64,000 nucleotides of DNA from Nanobdellota archaeon (GTDB taxonomy: Archaea; Nanobdellota; Nanobdellia; Pacearchaeales; GW2011-AR1): positions 32,001 to 96,000 of the forward strand of contig JBBSXC010000003.1 of assembly GCA_038045945.1 (NCBI GenBank). The letters are read 5' to 3'. The first letter of the stretch is position 1, and every line of letters starts with the position of its first letter. The translations under genes and the position numbers were made by a program. Positions 8,999 through 17,056 of the stretch are shown here, in pieces. The notes below the pieces were generated by a model. The model saw only the letters and a program-made list of their open reading frames with translations, did not search any database and had not been told where the DNA came from.

Positions 8999-10588
8999 TT
9001 ATATGTCTTGATGGTAGTAAGCAAGCCAAGCATCAACAAACTTTCTCCCATCTTTATCTAAAAACTTTCTGTAAGACTTGTAATCATTACTATTAGATTT
9101 AGACTTTACTTCTCTTAATTTACCAATTCCGGATCTTGAGACTACCATCGTATCTTCAACGTCTACATTACCCTTACTATCTCGGCATTCTTCAATTGCC
9201 ACTTCTAGTGATGCAGCAATTGTTGGGAAAAAGGGGCCAAATGCTGGATCATTCTTATCAAAATCTTTATTGTTCAACTTGGCAAATAATCTTGATTGAT
9301 ACTCTGTTAATCTTTCGCCTCTAACATCTGAATTTGCTTGTGCGAAACTCTTAGCAAAATAAGCAACAATTTTATCCTTTGATGCTAACTTAGCGTACCT
9401 GTCAAAACCTTGTTGAATCATGCCATCAGCAGTTTCATAGTCTAAATATTCCTGGCTACTTTCTGAAACGAAAGATGTTTGTTTGCCTTCAAAAATCTCA
9501 TCTTTTGGTTGATAAAGCATTCCCCTAACTTCTTGATCTGATAATTGTCTTCTTTCTGGAATTAATGAAGAAGCATAAATGCCAAAACCTATTAGTCCGC
9601 CAAGCCCTAATGCTCCTAAACCAAACCTTCTAGTATACTTTTTGAATTCATTCATTACGTGAGACTTATCAAGTGTTCTTTCTAAGTTTTCTTTAAGGTC
9701 TGTACCGTTGCTAAACCTTTTATTTTCATCAATATTAAGTCCTTTTGAAAAGAACTTTCTTATCCTTCTGTCACTAATTTTCTCTTTAATTCTTCTATCT
9801 ATGAATTCTTGTATAGCCTCTTTACTTGAACTCTTTATCTCATCATAACTTAAACCCTCTAGGGGGTATTCCCCAGTTTTTAACTTAAACATTAATGCTG
9901 TAGCACTATAGGTGTCTGTTCTCTTTGTAGGGTGACTCCCTTCATTAAAAAGTTCTGGGGCTCTAGTTAAAAACCATCCGATATTATCTCTTGGGGACTG
10001 AGTCATTCCCATACCTTCAACCGTTGATGCACCAAAATCATTAAGTAACAATCGTCCCTCTAAATTAATGGCAAAATTTCCCGGATGACCATCACCATGG
10101 ACTCTGTTTAGTCCTGCCTTTGAGTGAACTTCGCTATATGCCGTTGCAATATCCCTCACATAATGATCAAAATGGGGTTCTACCTTCTCCTCCCATGATG
10201 AAGGATTATAAGGATTATCTTTTGCTATAACCTCTAACATTTTATCTAAAAACATGTCGTAAGGGGGCATTACAATGAATCTTCTACCATTCTTATCGAC
10301 TTCAAATCTTGTTGGAACAACTCTTGAACAAGCAGAAAGCTGAACAGCCTCATTATCCATTGCTTTATTCTCATCAAGATTTCTCTTAGGCATCTTACCT
10401 AAAGCTTCATCCGTTGGAGCAAAAACTTTTATTGCAACATCCTGGCCCGTTATTCTGTCTTTACCCTTATAAACAATACCCCAAGAGCCCATACCGTAAA
10501 TCTCTGCAGGATCAAAAGAATACCTATAAGAATCAATGATCCCAGGGTTCCCCCTTCTAGAGACAAAAGAATTATCCGTTTCAGTCAT
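8999..10588 (-). CDS. Membrane-anchored Hanks-type Ser/Thr protein kinase, copy 2
   Basis: GMGSWGIVY, VAIK, HGDGHPGN, NDFG, RAPE; TM FGLGALGLGGLIGFGIYA; GGAGGT SD upstream. Confidence 0.9.
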   Translation of the reverse strand: MTETDNSFVSRRGNPGIIDSYRYSFDPAEIYGMGSWGIVYKGKDRITGQDVAIKVFAPTDEALGKMPKRNLDENKAMDNEAVQLSACSRVVPTRFEVDKNGRRFIVMPPYDMFLDKMLEVIAKDNPYNPSSWEEKVEPHFDHYVRDIATAYSEVHSKAGLNRVHGDGHPGNFAINLEGRLLLNDFGASTVEGMGMTQSPRDNIGWFLTRAPELFNEGSHPTKRTDTYSATALMFKLKTGEYPLEGLSYDEIKSSSKEAIQEFIDRRIKEKISDRRIRKFFSKGLNIDENKRFSNGTDLKENLERTLDKSHVMNEFKKYTRRFGLGALGLGGLIGFGIYASSLIPERRQLSDQEVRGMLYQPKDEIFEGKQTSFVSESSQEYLDYETADGMIQQGFDRYAKLASKDKIVAYFAKSFAQANSDVRGERLTEYQSRLFAKLNNKDFDKNDPAFGPFFPTIAASLEVAIEECRDSKGNVDVEDTMVVSRSGIGKLREVKSKSNSNDYKSYRKFLDKDGRKFVDAWLAYYHQDI

Positions 10589-10761
10589 TTCTTTACCTCC
10601 TTTTCTTCAACCTTTATTTTGTCTTCTAAAACATCAATAGACAACTTAACAATCATACCAGGCTTAAGGTGCTGCTCAAGAATTCTCGGAACAACAATGA
10701 TTGCCTGGCTACCATGCTTAGCAATACGCTTAGTGATAATAAAGTTTTGTTTAGAAGTCAT
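10585..10761 (-). CDS. Small AbrB/SpoVT-like protein (58 aa), copy 2; absent from the ORF track
   Basis: Read manually: MTSKQNFIITKRIAKHGSQAIIVVPRILEQHLKPGMIVKLSIDVLEDKIKVEEKEVKK, clear paralog of 5042-5200. Confidence 0.8.
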   Translation of the reverse strand: MTSKQNFIITKRIAKHGSQAIIVVPRILEQHLKPGMIVKLSIDVLEDKIKVEEKEVKK

Positions 10762-11072
10762 TACTCATGCCACCCTTCCATTGATGAATCAAGAGATTTA
10801 GGAGAATACCTAAGAGAAAGAAGTCTAACAAGCGGCTCTAAAACTCTTTTTTCTTCAGGTTTAAAACCCTTAATAGAATGACTACCAGAAAAATGATCTG
10901 GGCGTACTAATGAATCCTCAAGGACACTTCTTAACAAATCGTTAAAAGAGGTATAATTTCTAACTTTCATATCGAAAACAGTTTCACCGCTCTGATTACC
11001 AAAAAGACTAATAAAAGTATAACTACAAATACCCTCTTCATCAGTTCTTTTAAGTGAAACTTGGTAAGCCAT
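10761..11072 (-). CDS. Hypothetical protein (103 aa), first gene of AbrB-kinase operon 2
   Basis: Likely start MAYQVSLKR at 11072, below the promoter; TAATG overlap with AbrB gene. Confidence 0.55.
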   Translation of the reverse strand: MAYQVSLKRTDEEGICSYTFISLFGNQSGETVFDMKVRNYTSFNDLLRSVLEDSLVRPDHFSGSHSIKGFKPEEKRVLEPLVRLLSLRYSPKSLDSSMEGWHE

Positions 11073-11087
11073 ATTTTTATTATAAAT

Positions 11088-11170
11088 TATACATCCTTTA
11101 TGTATAGAAAATGGAAGCAAAAAGGGTATAAAAACCTTACTAAATGTAATCACTAAAGAGTTACACTAAA
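11088..11170 (-). promoter_or_regulatory. Promoter of operon 2 with TTTAGT repeats and palindrome
   Basis: Minus strand TTTAGTGTAACTC-TTTAGTGATTACA-TTTAGTAAGG-TTTTTATACCCTTTTT; TATACAT-N5-ATGTATA at 11088-11106. Confidence 0.5.
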
Positions 11171-11176
11171 ATGAGT

Positions 11177-11557
11177 TTAATTGTTTTCGTTAGGTGTTTC
11201 TTCGGCTAAGTATCCTTTTATCTCATCAATTATCGTCTTTAGTTCTTCTGTTTGTGGAATTTTTCCTTCTTCAACTAAAACATTTCTCGCTTTCCTGATA
11301 ATTTTACTATAAGGGGTTTTTGATAGTGAAGATTGTTCTGCTCCCATGCATAAAGTTGACTTAAATAATAAATCTGGCGAATAAATACCTTTTTCTAGAT
11401 TAAGTAATTGTCCTCTAGGGGAAACTGTTTCTTCTTTCATAACTTTGTAAACTGGGTCTAAAGCTTTACAAAAACCGCTATGAACATTATCAACCATTAA
11501 TTCTGATACTTCTTCCCTAGCATTATGAGACTCGACACTTCCTTGATTTTCAACCAT
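11177..11557 (-). CDS. Degenerate 4Fe-4S dicluster protein
   Basis: NVHSGFCKALDPVYK...ETVSPRG and FKSTLCMGAEQSS align with the two CxxCxxCxxxCP motifs of GlcF/GlpC N-termini, one Cys left in each. Confidence 0.65.
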   Translation of the reverse strand: MVENQGSVESHNAREEVSELMVDNVHSGFCKALDPVYKVMKEETVSPRGQLLNLEKGIYSPDLLFKSTLCMGAEQSSLSKTPYSKIIRKARNVLVEEGKIPQTEELKTIIDEIKGYLAEETPNENN

Positions 11558-12827
11558 TTTTTATTTCCTCTCCACTTATAACTTTGTTAATAATTTCCTC
11601 TTCCTTCTTTTCCTCTTCTTCATCAATCTTCTTAATTATTTCAGCGATTGATTCCTTAGTTGGCAGTCCTAACTTTTCATCAAGGTCGACAATAACCCCT
11701 CTATTAAGTTTGTTGTTAGGATCGTAACGTTTCTTTATTCTTTGAGCTAATTTTTTGTCATTAATATCCATAAAATTCTTTTTTGTTTTACCAAAGCCGA
11801 AAGTTCCAGCAATGTTCCCTCTAATTTTTTTGACAAATAATCGCAAATCATTAATAGCTGAAAAGTCATTAGCTGAGAAAAGAGGGTTAACCAAACCGAT
11901 GCCTAAATTAGCATGATAAGGAATTTTTTGTGAATCTAAATAATTAGCAACTTCTATTAGTCTGTCTAAGAAAACTCTAGGGTCTTCAACACGAACATAG
12001 CCAGAAAGAGAAGCATTCTTGTAAAGATCATCAATAATCCTTATCTTATTATTATAAATATCTCCCTTAATGTCACCTCTATCCGACTCAAACTCTATAA
12101 ACAAATGGTTAATTCTGCTTAAACCTAGTATTTCTGAAAGCATAGGTGAAATAAGATGAATCATGCTTACTTGGTTATCCATCTTAAGAGTTCTTGATAA
12201 ATCAATGATTTTTAGTAAATCGGCAGAACGATAAACTGTTAATGACCTTTTAGGCTTATCAATAACTTTTAACTTAGCAGAGTATATTATGCCTGTTATT
12301 CCTTCCATTCCTACAACGTTTGATGCGTCTATACGTCCAAGTTTTACAACTTTGCTATGACCATCAATTATTTCTATTTCTAAAACATGATCAGCTACTC
12401 GCTTATACTTTGCACTTCTTGGGCCTGTCGCATTTGTTGCTATCATTCCGCCAATAGTACAAATTGATCCTGACTGAGGATTAATAGGGAACTCCAAATT
12501 ATACTTTGATAATTCTTGGTTTAAGTCATTAAGAATTATTCCAGCTTGAACATAAACAACCTTTTTGTTAATATCAACATCTAAAATCTTGTCCATTTTT
12601 GACAAATCAACAACGACTGATCCCTCAGAAGGAACACATCCTCCAACAACTCCGCTCCCACCACCTCTAATGGTTATGTTATGATTCTCATGAACTATCT
12701 TGCGTAATTCTTCATCCGTTGTTGGAGTAAAAACGCTTATTGGATTATTACTTATTCCACTTGCATCAGTTGAGTAAGCATTAATCGCGAGTTCCCTATC
12801 AATAACCTCTGACTTCTTATCTGTCAT
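11550..12827 (-). CDS. FAD-binding oxidoreductase (GlcD/D-lactate dehydrogenase family)
   Basis: RGGGSGVVGG, CTIGGMIATNATG, VGMEGITGII, IKKRYDPNNKLNRG. Confidence 0.85.
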   Translation of the reverse strand: MTDKKSEVIDRELAINAYSTDASGISNNPISVFTPTTDEELRKIVHENHNITIRGGGSGVVGGCVPSEGSVVVDLSKMDKILDVDINKKVVYVQAGIILNDLNQELSKYNLEFPINPQSGSICTIGGMIATNATGPRSAKYKRVADHVLEIEIIDGHSKVVKLGRIDASNVVGMEGITGIIYSAKLKVIDKPKRSLTVYRSADLLKIIDLSRTLKMDNQVSMIHLISPMLSEILGLSRINHLFIEFESDRGDIKGDIYNNKIRIIDDLYKNASLSGYVRVEDPRVFLDRLIEVANYLDSQKIPYHANLGIGLVNPLFSANDFSAINDLRLFVKKIRGNIAGTFGFGKTKKNFMDINDKKLAQRIKKRYDPNNKLNRGVIVDLDEKLGLPTKESIAEIIKKIDEEEEKKEEEIINKVISGEEIKNG

Positions 12828-13606
12828 ATCTTAACCTCAATTTTACTAATGCCCAAAGCATGAGTTAACAACTGCGACATCTCTAAAACTTCTAAGCCAG
12901 AATTATTCTTATCATTATTCCTCTTCAAATGCTCATAATCCATAATGCCAATAGTTACTAAACTATTAAAACCAGAATTTTTCACTTGGTTAAGACGTAA
13001 AATTGATGCCTCATCAGCTATTTGAGGATTAGTATAAGGCAAACCACCCGAACTTCCAGAATCAATAGTATTAACCTTAGAATTATGCAACTCCTTAACA
13101 GTATGGCCTAAAATACTCAAAAGTTTCCTTGGCTGCTCAATAATACTACTATACCTGCTCAAGTATGGAGAATCATGAAGTACTAAATCAAAACCAACAT
13201 CCCGAAAAACCCTTCTTCCAAGCATTTTTTGAGTTATTGGAATGATTGCGTTAACAACTTCCAAATCCCAATCCATCAAGAAATCCTTATAATCAATAAG
13301 TAAAGCCTTGTAACAAGAGGGACATGTAGTTATAATCTTGGTAACGCCTAAAGCTCGTAAGAGCTTTAAGTTTTTACGAGCTATCTTAATGAATTCTTTC
13401 TCAAAACCTAGTTCTATTGCTAATGAACCACAAATAAACGGTTTAGAAAGGCCCAAATCCTTATCAGTAAGGAATGGTATCCCCAACTTCTTCATTATTA
13501 ACTCATAATTATTCCTTATAGCCAAATTTTCATACTTTCCTAAAAGACAACCTGTATGAAGAAGAGTCTTACCTTTACCAATACCAAAAAACTCTTTTAT
13601 ACCCAT
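12824..13606 (-). CDS. CCG-domain (Fe-S) protein, GlpC/GlcF/HdrB-like, partly degenerate
   Basis: HTGC, ICGS, TTCPSC; second repeat HDSPYLSR, DSGSSGG. Confidence 0.8.
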   Translation of the reverse strand: MGIKEFFGIGKGKTLLHTGCLLGKYENLAIRNNYELIMKKLGIPFLTDKDLGLSKPFICGSLAIELGFEKEFIKIARKNLKLLRALGVTKIITTCPSCYKALLIDYKDFLMDWDLEVVNAIIPITQKMLGRRVFRDVGFDLVLHDSPYLSRYSSIIEQPRKLLSILGHTVKELHNSKVNTIDSGSSGGLPYTNPQIADEASILRLNQVKNSGFNSLVTIGIMDYEHLKRNNDKNNSGLEVLEMSQLLTHALGISKIEVKI

Positions 13607-13729
13607 AAAAAGAGAAGAAAAGCAACCATTTTAAGCTTTAAGATTGTTCAATATATGTTTTATAATCTTAATGGCCAAAAGTGTAAACATTTTCTTGCTT
13701 TAAAGCGCTCTAACACCCTTTTAGAATAA

Positions 13730-14257
13730 TTAATCACTAGAAGTCAAATTCTGAACATACAAACCAATTTCTGAACCTATAACGCTAGTAAAACCCGAAA
13801 AGTATTTTTCCCTAATAAAAGTCATAGGCAAAACAACCTCTCCATTAGCGCCATAATCCTTAGAGAAAACTTTCAATAATTCTCTATTGTCATCATCATA
13901 AGACATCTCATAAAGATTAAGCTTAACCAAACGATTATTATCCTTCAATCCCTGAACGAAAGACTTACCTTCTAAACAAGAAGTACAATTAACAGCCTCA
14001 TAAAAATAGTTTATTTCAACAAGCTTACTAATATTCTTAGAAAGAGAAGCTGTATCATCAAGAGACTTAACAACATTAGAATTAATAGTCTGAGAAGAAG
14101 GAAGAGTGAAAAAGTAAACAAGGACAAGAATGACCGAAATGGCAAAAATTGCATTAGGCAAAGTCACAAACTTCTTCCAATAAGGCATAGAAGCCTCTTT
14201 TTTGTAAGGCTCAAATGAACCAGCCTTGCCCAAGTCAACAATAGCATCATCAACCAT
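13730..14257 (-). CDS. Membrane-anchored thioredoxin/glutaredoxin-fold protein
   Basis: TM then YFYEAVNCTSC, VLPMTFI...SGF. Confidence 0.65.
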   Translation of the reverse strand: MVDDAIVDLGKAGSFEPYKKEASMPYWKKFVTLPNAIFAISVILVLVYFFTLPSSQTINSNVVKSLDDTASLSKNISKLVEINYFYEAVNCTSCLEGKSFVQGLKDNNRLVKLNLYEMSYDDDNRELLKVFSKDYGANGEVVLPMTFIREKYFSGFTSVIGSEIGLYVQNLTSSD

Positions 14258-14318
14258 GAAGAAAATTATGATGAATGTTATTTATAAGGGTTATGATGTA
14301 GCAAAAAAGAATAAAAAA

Positions 14319-14903
14319 TCACAAAAAATAAACGATCATAGTAGTAATTATTGAACCCAAAGCCGCAACTGCCATATCCTTCTGAGCATCCCAAACGTCT
14401 CCTTGCGCACCCAAAAAAGATATTCCAGCCTTATTATCAGCTGTTTTAGCAACAAACCACTCAATAATCTCAAAAAGACCAGAAGTAGCAACGATAAACT
14501 CCAAAGGAAAATAATAAGCCCAAAAACCATTAACTAACCCAAAATTAACCATTAATTCCATTATTGGATAAGTTAATAACAAACCATAAGAAAAATGAAC
14601 AAGACGATCATACATATTCCTCTTAGTGCCAAATAACCCCCCAACTATTCTGCCTATTGGTGTCTTAGCATAAGTATAGTGTGAACCAACAACATGAAGA
14701 ATCAAAAAAAGAGTGATTAAAGAATAAGAAACTAAAGACAAAGGAAAAAACTTAACAGAAAGGAACAATAAAGGCAAAAGAACAACAACCAATATGTTCT
14801 CTAAAAACCAAGCATCACGATGAAGAGGCTTAACACCAGACCAAAACCAAAAAAGGAAGAAAACGCATAATAGAGATAAAAGGTAAAAGTCAAGCATGAA
14901 CAA
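14319..14903 (-). CDS. DUF2238 (YjdF-like) membrane protein
   Basis: WFLEN, GSHYTYA, RNMYDRLVHFSYG, FLGAQGDVWDAQKDM. Confidence 0.9.
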   Translation of the reverse strand: MFMLDFYLLSLLCVFFLFWFWSGVKPLHRDAWFLENILVVVLLPLLFLSVKFFPLSLVSYSLITLFLILHVVGSHYTYAKTPIGRIVGGLFGTKRNMYDRLVHFSYGLLLTYPIMELMVNFGLVNGFWAYYFPLEFIVATSGLFEIIEWFVAKTADNKAGISFLGAQGDVWDAQKDMAVAALGSIITTMIVYFL

Positions 14904-14945
14904 TAAAATACTCAGACTTATTTATAAATATTCACTAAAAACACT

Positions 14946-15047
14946 TAAAAAACTTTTAGTTTTTTAGGCCTCGAGATTTAAAAATCTCAAAGCTGAGAAG
15001 TTTTTCAAACTTCAATACTTAAGATTCTGCGTATCAAAGAATCTTAA
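14946..15047. repeat. Four consecutive short inverted repeats
   Basis: TAAAAAACT/AGTTTTTTA, GAGATTT/AAATCTC, GAAGTTT/AAACTTC, TTAAGATTCT/AGAATCTTAA. Confidence 0.7.
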
Positions 15048-15079
15048 AGCTTAAAAACATGTGTGTATAATAATTTTTT

Positions 15080-15841
15080 ATGAAGATTGTATCATGGAAC
15101 ATTAACGGAATAAACTCATCAATAAGAGACGGAATTCTTGACTTTATCAAAAAAGACGATGCTGACATATACTGCTTTCAAGAAGTTAAAAGCGACCCTA
15201 AAGCAGCAATAGAATCAGAAGTGGTGAAAGGAAAATACCATGCTTTTTGGCACGCAGCAAAAAAGAAAGGTTACAGCGGACTATTAGTATTAACTAAACA
15301 AAAACCTTTAGCAATAATAGAAGGAATAGGAAACTGGGAATTTGATGATGAAGGAAGATTCCAAGCATTAGAATACGATGACTTCGTACTAGTAAACACT
15401 TACTTCCCAAACTCAAGAGAAGGACTAAGCAGACTAGAATTCAAAATGAAGTTTAACGAAGAATACTTAGAATTCATGAAAAAGTTAGAAAAAGAAACAA
15501 AAAAGCCATTAATAATGACTGGTGACTTCAACGTAGCACACAAAGAAATAGATTTAGCAAACCCTAAAGCAAACGAGAAAAATGCTGGTTTCTCAATACA
15601 AGAAAGAGAATGGTTCACAAAACTATTAGAATCAGGATTCGTTGACACATTCAGAGAATTTGACAAAAGCGCAGGAAAATACACTTGGTGGACTTATCGT
15701 TTCGGTGCTCGCGCTAGAAACATTGGTTGGCGTATAGACTACTTTGTGGTAAGCAAAAAATTTATGAGCAAAATAAAGAAAAGTTATATTATGCCAGAAA
15801 TAAAAGGAAGCGACCACGCAGTAATAGTTCTAGAAATATAA
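15080..15841 (+). CDS. xth: Exodeoxyribonuclease III / AP endonuclease
   Basis: SWNING, QEVK, GYSG, GDFNVAH, GWRIDY, SDH. Confidence 0.95.
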   Translation: MKIVSWNINGINSSIRDGILDFIKKDDADIYCFQEVKSDPKAAIESEVVKGKYHAFWHAAKKKGYSGLLVLTKQKPLAIIEGIGNWEFDDEGRFQALEYDDFVLVNTYFPNSREGLSRLEFKMKFNEEYLEFMKKLEKETKKPLIMTGDFNVAHKEIDLANPKANEKNAGFSIQEREWFTKLLESGFVDTFREFDKSAGKYTWWTYRFGARARNIGWRIDYFVVSKKFMSKIKKSYIMPEIKGSDHAVIVLEI

Positions 15842-15876
15842 TAATACTTAAATAATAAGAAATAATAATCATTATC

Positions 15877-16215
15877 ATGTCTGATTCTGAAGATATTGCT
15901 GCAATAATAATCAACCCAGTTTTTGAAAGGTACGGAGAAATGGGAAGAGTAAACTTCAAAACAAATAGGAATGGGTACTTTGATGTTATCTTTAGTGACG
16001 GAGAAATTGTTAGCTTACCAACAGGTTATGATGGCATAGAATTATACTACCTTAATGGAGATGACAGAGAAACAGGTTTTGACGCGCTTGAAAGAAAATA
16101 CTCTGATATAAACGAAAGAAAGGGAAGGTCGGAGGGACTTGACATAACAGAGATTTTTGATTTAGAATTCTGCGAATTATTTGACAAAGAAAAACTAAGA
16201 AGAATCTTAGAATAA
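15877..16215 (+). CDS. Hypothetical protein, tandem paralog 1 of 3
   Basis: Shares G.+.+V...+.F.DG and E+..LF.E motifs with next two ORFs. Confidence 0.65.
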   Translation: MSDSEDIAAIIINPVFERYGEMGRVNFKTNRNGYFDVIFSDGEIVSLPTGYDGIELYYLNGDDRETGFDALERKYSDINERKGRSEGLDITEIFDLEFCELFDKEKLRRILE

Positions 16216-16241
16216 CATTAATAAATAATAAATAACCTTTT

Positions 16242-16589
16242 TTGTCCATGCCCCACACACCTTTACCATATGATGTATTCACTGATGATATGGTAATACT
16301 AGTTTTAGACAGAACTCATCCTAGATTTGGTCAATTAGCAAAAGTTGAAGCAAAAAGAGCACAAAACTACCTTGTAGGATTTGCTGATGGAGAATTAGAA
16401 TCAATACCTAGATTATCATCAGTAATGGAAGACTATTATAGGCAAAAAGACATGAGGAGCCAAAGACTTGACATAACTCATAATGCTGGTATTGAAAGCC
16501 TCAAAAAAAGGTTTTGGGAAGTAGCTAGAAAAGATGTAGGGAGACTAGAAGAAGAATACCATGAATTATTCAGAGAACACTTAGAATAA
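16242..16589 (+). CDS. Hypothetical protein, tandem paralog 2 of 3 (start uncertain)
   Basis: HPRFGQLAKV...YLVGFADGE...EYHELFRE. Confidence 0.65.
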   Translation: MSMPHTPLPYDVFTDDMVILVLDRTHPRFGQLAKVEAKRAQNYLVGFADGELESIPRLSSVMEDYYRQKDMRSQRLDITHNAGIESLKKRFWEVARKDVGRLEEEYHELFREHLE

Positions 16590-16640
16590 AAAATAATGAT
16601 TATATTAAAGAGTAATAATGTTTAAATTATCATTATTTTA

Positions 16641-16988
16641 TTGTTTACTAAGAAAAAAATGGTTGGTGCTGTAAGTCTTAATGAACTTGTAGCTTTGATT
16701 ACTACTAATTTTAACCAAAGCACTGGTAGAGCAGAATTTGTTGCCATGGCTAAAGTTACTGGTAAATGCGATGAAGGAATAGAACTCTTATTAGCTGATG
16801 GAACACCAGCAATTGCTGATTATGATGATCCAGAAGTAAAATTGTTCTATAGAAGTGTATCCACTGAAAAAAACGGTTATAACGGTGTTTTTCAACTTTT
16901 ACAAAAATATCGTGACGCAGCAAGAGTGCCAACAGAATACATTTGCAGAGAATACGAAATTCTTTTCGGTGAAGAATTCCCAATATAA
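16641..16988 (+). CDS. Hypothetical protein, tandem paralog 3 of 3 (start uncertain)
   Basis: AMAKV...IELLLADGT...EYEILFGE. Confidence 0.6.
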   Translation: MFTKKKMVGAVSLNELVALITTNFNQSTGRAEFVAMAKVTGKCDEGIELLLADGTPAIADYDDPEVKLFYRSVSTEKNGYNGVFQLLQKYRDAARVPTEYICREYEILFGEEFPI

Positions 16989-17056
16989 AAAAAGGATTTG
17001 TTAACACTATTATTTTTACACAAACCTTTAAATACGTTTTTTTCTTCACAAAAACA

